Assembly (NCBI GenBank): GCA_002189035.1
Contig: NEEC01000007.1
Span: 2,232,001 to 2,296,000 of the forward strand
Direction of reading: 5' to 3'
From: Utricularia gibba
Lineage: Eukaryota > Plantae > Magnoliophyta
DNA: 64,000 nt
The position numbers were made by a program, and so were the translations under genes. Below are positions 52,691-63,768 of this stretch, in pieces. Under the pieces are notes generated by a model that saw nothing but the letters and a program-made list of their open reading frames with translations, had not been told where the DNA came from and did no database searches. Positions within the stretch are counted from its first letter, which is position 1; each line of letters starts with the position of its first letter.

Positions 52691-53979
52691 ATTTAGGGAT
52701 TTAACAATCTACGACGATGAGAGGAGTGATGGAGATAATAGAGATTACCGTAGAGCAATTAAAAATAAATCAATAGAAATAAACGATAAATCCGAAATCT
52801 AAAAATTAGAAAGTAAATTATTTTATCATTATATTTATTTGCATTCTACCATGTTAGATCCACGTGAACATTAAATATAAAAGTAATGAATGTAATAGAT
52901 ATATGAAATATCGTATATATTTGAGTTATTTCCTTTTCTTTGCTCAGATATTGTACAAGAATGCATTATAGGAGCTTGTTGATTTTCTAATATGTATTTG
53001 TTCTTCTATTTTTACAAATCATCAACCCCATCAGAACTCTCCAACTCCTGCTGCTCTCCACGCCTTCGATGGACTCTAGAGACCTGCGAAGGACGAGAAA
53101 AGAAGAAGTCCCCTTCTTATAGAAGAGTTAAGGAATCCAAGTTGTCGTTGCATGGGCATCAGGTACAAGGTTCTGCTTTATTAGGAATGAACTCAACAAC
53201 TTCCCATGATTCTTGCACCAAATCAGGGCAAGCAAGAAAGATAATCGTGCAGCAAGATGGCTCTTGAACATGACATCAGCATGGAATGGAGGACTGCCTA
53301 CTTTTATTCTATATTTTTACTTTGTTGATACCGAAGGTTCGTTCAATGCTCACAGAACCTGCATGGGGATTGTGGCACTGGTGCCAGCATCGCCTGTTTT
53401 TTTTTTCGTGGATGAATTAAAACTTTTAATAAATATTCTTAATTCAAAATCTCAAATATAAATAACTCATACATCTTATATAATTTTTCTTCTTTTTTTC
53501 ATGTATTATTCATTCAATCTCTCCATATATTCTTTTGTTTTCTATGTAATTCTTCATATACATTTTACGTTTTTCATTCTTATAGCTATTTTGATTTCAA
53601 ATCACGATTTCGGATTTCATACCACGAATATCAACTTATTTTGTGAATGCCAATGTTTGATAGACGTAAGAAGGTTGTTCTTTCCTTTATATGAATGCTT
53701 GAATTTCATATTCTATAAAAAATATATTTTCTTTTTAGCTTGTACTTTTCTCAATTTTCCCCAAATTGAATTGAAAATTTATCATTTTATTTTAAAATCG
53801 GAATAAATCCATTATATGAATTATTTATGATTTGAGATTTGAAATATTTCTTTTATAATAGATTAAATATATTATACTATAAAATTTATTCCCAGCCCGG
53901 CCATGTCCCCCCTCCCTCACCTACTCACCTAGGGAAGCGTAGCTGACTGGTAAGTGGCTTTATTTCTCGGGCGTGCCAA

Positions 53980-54680
53980 CAGGGTTCCCAGAAAATTATA
54001 AAAATACCCACCGACATAAAAACTGTTTACAAAATTACTCACTGCCATGTGCGTGAGTCTGACATGTGCGTTAGTGTGTGTATATACATTTACGAAATTG
54101 TCCTTTTTTAAATTATATATGTTAATATTATATGTTAAATATTATAACTTGTATTTTTATAATAATTGATGATGATTTTCAATAAAATGTTTTTAGTAAA
54201 TAATATTTTATATTTTTTCAGAAATTATTTTGATCTTATGAAACATATATTATTAGTATTAAAATTATTTAAAAAGTATTGTTTATTATAAAAACAAGTT
54301 GATTTTAGATTAAAAATTATTTTAATCTTATAAAATGTATATTGTTGGTATTAAAATTATTTAAAAACTACTATTTATTACAAAAACGAGTTGGTTTTAA
54401 GTTAAAAATTATTTTGAGATTACGAAATATATATTATTAATGTTAAGATTATTTAAAAAGTATTGTTTATTACAAAAAATTATTTGATTTTAATTGATGA
54501 TTTTCAATAAAAATATTCTACTGAAAATCATTATTTAGTATTATAAAAATATAAATTATAATATTTATAACATAATATTTACATATATAGTAATAAAGGG
54601 TAATTTCGTAAAGTTATACACACAGTGGGTAATTTTATAACGTAATTCTATGACATCGGGTATATTTAAAAATGACCCCA
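53980..54680. mobile_element. Non-autonomous TIR element (MULE/foldback-like MITE) in the UGT copy 2 promoter
   Basis: Absent from copy 1. Degenerate inverted ends (left ttataaaaatacccac...ttacaaaattactcactg; right cagtgggtaattttataa...gggtatattt...gacccc). Internal ~91-nt AT-rich unit repeated ~2.6 times (54246-54490). No clear TSD. Confidence 0.6.
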
Positions 54681-54787
54681 CCAGAACCGGTACTCCGCCA
54701 ACCATAAAGTGTACGTATACGGTACACAGGTGGAATGCCCCGCTCTCCTCCGGCGCCTCCTCAATCTGAAGCTGCGATCGCGCTGAC

Positions 54788-56199
54788 ATGGGTTTCGATC
54801 AGCACATCGGAGTTCTGGCGTTCCCTTTCGGCACGCACGCGGCTCCTATGCTCAGCCTCGTGCGCCGCCTAGCCGATGCGCTTCCGCGCGCTCGATTTTC
54901 CTTCTTCAGTAGCGCCGCTTCCAACGGAGTCGTGGGCGTCCATCGCCAAACGTTTCCGAACATTAGGGGATACGATGTTTGGGACGGAACCCCGGAGGGG
55001 TTTGCGGGGAGTCATTTTGAGGCTGCGGACCTTTTTGTCGAGGCGTCGCCGGGGAATTACGAGGAAGTTGTTCGGGAGGCTGAAGTTGAAGTGGGTTTGC
55101 CTATTAGTTGTTTGATTGCTGATTCTTTCTTGTGCTTTTGTGGTGAATTGTCGGAGAGGTTGCAAGTTCCCTGGGTTTCCTTTTGGACCGCTGCTTCCTG
55201 CTCTCTCTCGGCTCATGCCTACACTGATCGACTGATTCAAGCTAAGGGGCTGTTACCAGGTAAATCAGAACAGAGCTTCCTGAGATCTGGGTGCTTTTCC
55301 TTGTGCTTGAACTGCGTATCTATTGCTTTGCTGCAGAGGAGAAAATTTCATTCATCCCTGGGTTAGAAAACGTCCGTGTGAGTGATGTTCCTCCTGAAGT
55401 TTTCCTAGAAGAGAATCCAACACCTATGGCTGTCACACTGAACAAGATGTTTGAGAATCTCCCCAAATGCACAGCTCTGGTCGTTAACTCCTTCGAAGAG
55501 ATCGACCCAAGGATCACTACCGACCTTCAGGCGAAGTTCCAACATTTCCTCAACGTTGGCCCCTCCCTTTTAGCCTCCCCTGCCACGGCGGCCGCCCCAG
55601 GTGACAAGTCAGGCTGCCTAGAATGGCTGGACAAGCAAACAACAACACGATCAGTTGTGTACGTCAGCTTTGGGACCGTGATTGTGCCCCCCTTAAACGA
55701 ACTCCTGGCCCTGGCTGATGCTCTTGAAGACTTCGGAGCTCCATTCCTGTGGTCACTGAAACCGGAAGCCCAGAAATCCCTTCCCGAGGGGTTCCTGGAG
55801 CGCACAAGCGGAACAGGAAAGATTGTCCCTTGGGCACCCCAGCCCCAAGTCCTTGCACACAAGAGCGTAGGTGTTTTCATCACACACTGCGGGTGGAACT
55901 CGATCCTGGAAAGCATTTGCAGCGGCGTGCCGTTGATATGCAGGCCCTTCTTCGGTGATCAGAAGCTGAACGGGAGAATGGTGCACGAGTCATGGAAGAT
56001 TGGTGTCAAAGTTGAAGATGGAGTTTTCACCAAGAGCAGCACAACGGAAGCTCTGGTTTTGTTGATGAAGAGTGAAGCCGGGGAGCAAATGAGAGAAAAC
56101 GTTGGCAGCTTGAAGGAGAAGGCAGTGAAGGCAATGGCGCCTGAGGGGAGCTCCATCAAGAATTTCCAACAGCTGCTCAAAATAGTGGGAAAACAATGA
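54788..56199 (+). CDS. UGT78-family flavonoid 3-O-glycosyltransferase, copy 2; intact, 2 exons
   Basis: Same motifs as copy 1 with open frames. The PSPG box ends in GDQ, the Gln usually associated with UDP-glucose use. Confidence 0.93.
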
Positions 56200-56680
56200 C
56201 AATGGTACTAAGCTCCTGCTCCCTGTTACCACCTCTCCATTTTTAGTCAAATAATTTACAAAAAAAAATCAAAATAATCATATACTTATATATTATATTT
56301 ATTAAATAATCATATATTTTATACACACAATAAGAGATCGTATTTCTTAAAATAAAAATAACTAGTTATTTTAGGAATGACTATTGTAGAATATTTAAAA
56401 AATAAGAATTAATTTTGATAAATAAATAACATATACATGTATATTTATATTTTAAAAAGCTATAAATATTAAGATATATTTTATAGATAATTTTATATTA
56501 TAGAAATTAATTTATTTGATAAATAATAGTAGTTGTAAATGGCTATAAATCTAAACTATCTTTCATTTTAAAAAAAAATTCTTAAAATCAAGAATTTGAC
56601 ATACTTTTCAAAATTAGAAGCTGAATCTTTTTATTTCATACATTAACATCAAAATTTTACACATCGGACTTCGATTGCAG

Positions 56681-59380
56681 TTAGAGCTTTGGCCTTAGAG
56701 TCTTCTTCAAAATTTTTCCGGCTGCGGACTTGGGGATTTCATCTCTGAAAAACACCCGCCGGATCCTCTTGTAAGACGCCACCTGCACAGAGCACAAAAA
56801 CAATCCTCAACTGTGAAGCACAGCGGGGTTTCAATCCCTGCGTATTTTCCTTCATTCAGGTACCTGGTTTGCTACGTACTCCATGATTTCACGGTCTGAA
56901 ACGGTGGAACCGTTTGCCCGAACCACATACGCGATCGGAACTTCTCCTGCCAGCTCGTCCTTGGCACTAAAAGGAAAACGGAGTCATTTCTTAATTCAAT
57001 TGGCTTAGCTTTCTGTGTTTTGTAGCAAGAGGTTGGATACGTAACGGGACAACTGCAGCATCGGCGATCTCGGGATGGGCGAGTAGCAGAGCCTCAAGTT
57101 CCGCAGGCGCCACTTGAAACCCTTTCACTTTGATCAACTCCTTCAGTCTGTCGATGATGAAGAGCTCGCCGTCATCATCCAGATACCCCAAGTCGCCTGT
57201 GTGAAACCATCCCCCCGAGTCGATGCTTCTCCTGGTTGCCTCCTCGTCATTCAGGTACCCTACAGTGAGTCCAATTCAGTCATTTTCTTTCAAACAACAA
57301 GATAAACAAATGAAGGTGACGCAGGCAGGGGCTTCTGGGCACCCAGCTTCTATTGATGATTAGATGCAGGTCTAATCACCATATTCTGAGATATGTTTAA
57401 ATAACTAAACTATGCTAATATTGTATGATTTTTTTTTTTACAAAATAGAAAAACGTAAAACAATAAGAATTAGATATTCGTATCAAACAATATCATGTAA
57501 GATTCTTATCTTAATATTTGATATCAAAACCAAATTTGATTTCATTCCAATTATAAGATGAGGTGGCATTCTACTAATATGTTGAATGTCTAAGAGAGAA
57601 AAAATGTAAGAACATGAATTTAGTCACGAAACACTATATTGGTTATAAACGAAATAGAATATATGTTTAAATAGAAATATTTTGAAGAACTTAAACATAT
57701 AAAAATTGGAGTTACAAAACGAATAATATCATATAATATGAGTGTTACTCAAGACACTAGATGTGTTTTGTGCACCTTTCATGACGGAATCACTCTTGAC
57801 GCAAATCTCGCCGACTTGGTGTCGAGGGAGGGAGGCCCCTGAGGAGGGCGCCACGATCTTCAAGCGGAAGTTTCTGATGAGGGTGCCACATGATCCGCTT
57901 TTGAATCGCGAAGGCCTCTTAGCAAACCCTAAGCTTAATGATATCGCCCCACACTCGGTCATGCCATAACCCTGACCCCCCACCAAGTCAAACCCGACCC
58001 CGGTTGCGGGAAACAAGAAACTAAAGTCAACCCAAATTCCAATTGGACGAAGGCAAATGACAACGTCAAACCAATGCACGTGCACTATAATTCAATCAAG
58101 GTCAACTCAAATTCCAATTGGAACAGAATTTAGAAAACAAAGTCAAACCAATGCACATGCACTGCATTATTAAAGACCCTCTTTGAAATAATTTTATTTT
58201 ATGAAAAAATGCGTTTTATTATCAAATAATTTTATTCATAAATTCAGAATCACAAGTTAAATTTTTAATATTTCAAAATATATACAATCTACTAGAATTA
58301 GGTGTTAATGAAAGATTAGAGACATTAATTACCTGCCCGATAGTAGCATTCGGAAGCTTAGGTTGAACGGAGGCGATGAGGTGCTCGCTGACCGGCGCCG
58401 CCCCGATCATGACTCTCCTGACGGAGGAGAGGTCGTATCGGGAAGTCGCCGGAGTGTTTGCGATGTGGAGTAGAACCGGGGGCACGAGGAATGCGATGGT
58501 AACACGATATCGTTGTATCATCTCTAGCATTTGATTTACGTCGAACTTGGACATGATCACCAGCGCAGCACCGGCGCGGAGGTTGCAAAGGAGCAGCGCT
58601 GTCAACCCGAACACATGGAACATGGGCAAGAGGCAGAGCGTGACGTCCTCAACTTTGATGTGGTGATTAGGGTTTTCGCCGTCGACTTGCTGTGCGATCG
58701 ACGTCACGACGTTCTTGTGGCTGAGCATCACTCCTTTAGGAAGTCCGGTGGTGCCGGAGGAGAAAAGAAGGGTCGACGTATCGTCCGGATCTGTTGTCAC
58801 CTGCAGTAAAAAAACAGAAATATCAAACCTGAAAAACTGCCCAGTCAATCTTACAGATTTACCGGTTCAAATCGTGTCTCATCGGAATTCATCATCTGAG
58901 ATATATCTGTGAACCCGGCAGAGGGTTCAACGGTGACCGTCTTTGCATGGGAGATGCCTTTCACCTTCCCCACATATGCTGCGTGGGCAACTATGAGTTT
59001 GGAGTTCGAAATCTTGGCCATCTTCACGATGTCCTCTGATGTCAGCGCCGGATTCGTGGGTACAGCGACGGCGCCGGCGAAGGAGATAGCCAGGAAGGTT
59101 GCGGCGAACTCGGGAGAGTTGCGCAAGAGGATCATGACCGCATCGTTTTTCCGAATACCCAGGTTCTGCAAGCCGGCGGCCAGTCTCCTGGCCATGAGAT
59201 CCAGTCCGCCATAGGTCACCACTCGGGAGGTTGCCCCGTCGATGAGGGCGGGCGTGAGTAGTTCTCCGGAAGGTTCTGGAAGCAGTAGGTGTGGACAGGG
59301 AGATGACTCGGAATAGCGATATCGGGAAGCTCCGATCGGAATATGATGTCCTTGCCCTGCCTCACTTCCGCCACTCCCAT
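56681..59380 (-). CDS. Divergent 4-coumarate:CoA-ligase-derived acyl-activating enzyme, copy 2; 6 exons, one apparent 1-nt deletion at ~59250
   Basis: [18 protein letters not shown] start, [13 protein letters not shown]|[49 protein letters not shown]. The 3' intron positions match true 4CL genes. Confidence 0.88.
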
Positions 59381-60907
59381 CCTGCCCAATTTCTTCTCTT
59401 CATTTCCGAATATGCATATTAATATCATAGATGGGGCCATTTTCGCAATTACAAAAACTACAGGGGCAGAACTTCACTTCAAAAAACAACTGCGACTGAA
59501 AAACAAACATTTCATGTAAATTATTAAAACCTATTAAAGGGTTGACAAATTCTGATTTGTTTAAAACACACATTAATTATTTTACTCTATTTTCATAGAC
59601 TCTGGTGGAGGGGGGCAAGTAGGGGTATTCTTTATTCTATTTCCCCTATTAAATTATTCAATATTAAATCGAAAAATTCCAAGTAATTGTACGGAAGAAT
59701 CCTAAATATAATATAATATACTTTTTTATTAAAGTTGGCATACGTATTAATTGTACTAATTATTTGTTAATTGGATGAAGAGTGAAAAGCACATTGTTTT
59801 CATTCTCCAAACAACGTGCGTTGGGCAAGGCCCTTTAGTCGATATTAGGTAAACGTCATCACCATTCCTCTTTCTTTTTATTTGCAGGTGAGGGATCTCA
59901 ATCAAATATCGAAAATAAAAAAGTGTTGATTATTTTTAACTATAGTTATAAATTTTTTGTAAAAAAATTATTCTATAAAAATTTTATAAAACTCACAATA
60001 GATTAATTATTCATTCGTATCAATTTAACCATAAAAAACATTAATTAGTAACACTCATAGTCATTAATATATATTATAAATTGTACTTTTTCGAATAACT
60101 CTATTAAAGAAAATTTAATTGGTGTAAAACTTATGATTGAATGGGGATTAAACGTATTAGGGAGCATGCTTACTATATTTAATGTAAATGGTTATAGAGA
60201 GGATTATTCTCTGTCTTCTTCCTATTTTTTTTCTGATTATGGCACTAACACAAAATATTTATTTAATTTTATATAATTAATCTATTTTTTAAAATTGAAT
60301 CTCTTATAGGAGGACAAGAAGGGCACCTACCCGTGAGTTTCACTCCGCCGGGCCTCGACACCCAACCGGCCCATTTTCTTCACGTTTATTTCATTTATAT
60401 ATTAATGTTTTCAATTTAATTGATGTTTTTTTAAAATAAAAAATATTTTCTAAAATATATCATAAGAATAATAGAGGGCACTTGATGATTTTTTTGAATT
60501 TTGTCCCCTCCAGGCTCCAGCCTAGAAGATAATAATATAAAATTAATATTAATTTACAATAATTGAGAATTAATATATGAAGAGAATACAACAACACAGA
60601 CTGGAATATCCAATTTCTATAAATGACACTTGGGACTATGTTTACTTGGTTTGTATTCCATTTATACCCTGTCTTCTGTGGGCTCAAAGTGGAATGAGAA
60701 GGCGTGTGTTTCTTGTTTGTGAGTCGTCGTGCTTGTCCTGAAGATGAACCTGTTGCTGTTGGCTATTTGTTCTGTTCTGGGAGTGAATGGGAATCGCCTG
60801 TTGCCGTGACTCTTTCTGGGTTCAGGGGATGGACATTTCTCGGCTACGCGTTGCATTGGACCGCCATTGCGGTTGAGTTGCAACTACTGTTTTCTCGTTC
60901 TGGGGCA

Positions 60908-62965
60908 ATGCGGATGAGGGGATACATTCGAACTTCCAGTTTCAGGCGTCTGTTCTCCTTCCGACGCCACACATTGGACGATGGGCTCGCGCCGGAGAAA
61001 TTATGCAATGAGCCCAGAAGACCCAGTTGGAGATGCTTTTCGTACGACGAACTTTTCATCGCTACTCATGGGTTTTCTCCCGGTGGGTCTGATTTCTACT
61101 CTCGTATTGTCTAGTGTAATTAATTAATGTTCTGTTTGGTATCACGCTTGATTTTTGCTGTCCTTTTCTTGTGTTGTTCAGGAAACTTGGTTGGGAGAGG
61201 CGGATGTGCTGAGGTTTACAGGGAGTGCTGGGAGATGGGCAAACAATTGCGGTGAAAAGAATGGCAAAAGGGGCGAATGAGAAGGACTTTTTGACTGAAA
61301 TTGGAACTTTGGGGCATGTTTCTCACCCAAATATCATGGCTTTGCTTGGGTGCTGTGTTGATAATGGCCTTTATCTCGTATTCAACTTCTCTCCAGTGGG
61401 TTCTGTTGCTTCACTTCTCCATGGTAAGTAAAGTTAAAAGAACGTATACATGGATGAACAATGATCTAATCTCATTTTCCTTGTTCTGCGTAGATGACGC
61501 ATTGGGTCCAATAGACTGGAAAACTAGATACAAAATTGCTGTTGGAACTGCTAGAGGCTTGCACTATTTGCACAACGTTTGTCCCAGAAGAATCATCCAC
61601 AGAGATGTCAAGTCCTCCAACATCTTGTTGGCTGAGGATTTTGAACCGCAGGTGCGGTTGCAGTGCAACTTCCTTTCTGCTCTAGTTTATGGGATGGTCA
61701 CTTGACAGACAATTCTTTGCTTCAGATATCGGACTTTGGTCTGGCTAAATGGCTGCCTTCGCAATGGACTCATCATTCAATTGCCCAATAGAAGGAACTT
61801 TTGGGTAAGTAAATAAATGCGTCATAAGAATTCACTACAAAATGTGTATCTAATCCATGCTTTGCTATGTCATGAAAGGCACATCGCACCAGAGTACCTA
61901 CGGCAGGGATTTGTGGATGAGAAGACTGATGTTTTTGCATTTGGGGTGTTTTTACTGGAGCTTATTTCCGGAAAGGAGCCAGTAGATAGTTGTCACCAGA
62001 GTCTGCATGGTTGGGTGGGTGAACAGATCGACACTAAAACAAAAAACTACGCAGAGCAGCACATGCTTGACATCGTTGCTTGTGTGTCTCCAGGCTAGAC
62101 CCATTTTAAAACGAGGAGATGTAAAGCAGGTGGTTGATCCAAGGTTAGGACCCCATTACAACGTGGCTCAACTCACAAAACTCGCTTTCGCTGCCTCCCT
62201 TTGCATTCGACCATCTCCGGTCTGCCGGCCGGCAATCAGCAAGGTGACTATTAGCGCTTTTTGGTTGCTGATTTCAGAAAATTACTCTGCTTTCAGGAAT
62301 TTGAAGTCCCATTAGTGAGTGTGCAAGCAGTCTGAGTTGTGCCATTATTTTATCAGTAGCATTATTGTGTGTGTAATTTAGTGCAAGCATAGCCATATCA
62401 GATGGGGACTAGTATTGATGCGAAGCAAGTGGAACTGGTATGAGTGGGTGAGACGACAGTGATATCACTGTGAGCAAGTTGATTATTTTATAGCGACAAT
62501 ACGATACTTTTAGATAGACATTGGCATGCATGTGAACTTCCAGCTCGGATTGTTGGAAGAACTTGGTTGTAGTTGAAGAGTCCCCGCCCGTGTCTTGTTT
62601 TTTTGCTTCTCGAACTGTTCCTGTCATCACCACTTGCGTGTGGATGTACGCAGTCTGATGGCATTCGCCCCACCTCATCTGAGCAAGTTGAGATTTATAG
62701 GTGTCATTGTGTTAAGAAAACGAGAAATCCCAGGTGTTGGGTGAAGGATTTGATAAGGTTGGCGTGTCATGGTTCATAGGTATTGGAGATAATTGAGATG
62801 GAAGAAGAGATTGTGATGGATGCGCAGAGATGGAAATCCCAAGTAGAAGGAGAAGAAGAGGAAGAAGAAGAAGAGGAAGAAGATGCATGGGTGTGGGGGC
62901 TGGAGCTCGGAGATGAAGATTATGATTGGGACACGTGTTCAACCATTTCTCGTGGATCTAATTAG
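60908..62965 (+). CDS. Receptor-like cytoplasmic kinase, RLCK-VI (RBK/ROP-binding kinase-like); multi-exon
   Basis: [68 protein letters not shown]; acidic last exon 62780-62965. One apparent C-run deletion at 61784-61786. Confidence 0.9.
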
Positions 62966-63768
62966 TATCATGCATTTTGTAAAAAAAAAAAAAATCTGTG
63001 AAATTGAATAAGATTCTTTTTTTAGAATATATTATTTATTCAATATTTCCAACTACATTGTATTAGTGTTTTAATTTTCCAAATATTTAATTTGATGTAA
63101 CATACATAGAGTTGATTTAACTTTGATTATATTGGAAATCAGTGTTTTAAAAATGAGTTGAATCCATTTCACCTAGTGTTGCGCCAAAGAAGCAACTATA
63201 GTATATTTTTTGAGTTGAATCTAATCCAACATTGGATTAAATTCATGATTTTAAATCAATACTACAAAATACTATTCATTTATATGCTAATTTTGTATGT
63301 TTTATTTTTAGAACTCCATCTAAATGTTTTACATATTCTTAATTTGGTTATAAAGAAAATATTCTAATACATTATGTTTCATATAATAATTGTGAGACAA
63401 ATGCCTTGTTTAGTATTTTTGTTATTTAGGTTTGTATTATATTTTTTTATTTATTTTTCATTAATAATTGCATATTGCAATTATAAGGGAAAACTAGCAC
63501 TTACGGATATTGATGTACATAAATAGTAATTGTTTGACTATTATTAAAATAAATGAAAATTACTTCAGCTGATATTGTTTTTAATGGCGCCGGGAAAGAA
63601 GGGATGGCATCTGGGCGACGGCGATGTTGAATGAATCATCCGGCAAGCACGCACCACCGTCTATTGTTGCGTCTGTATTTTATTGGGTTGACTTTCACGG
63701 TATCTTAATGGCAGTTGGGTTTCATAAAACCCCCCGATCTCGGATTCTCCGCTGACTCCAGGGCAGCG

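Larger units (their letters stand above)
53024..60115 (+). repeat. Segmental duplication unit 2
   Basis: Direct repeat of 45099-51570 with indels. Confidence 0.93.
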
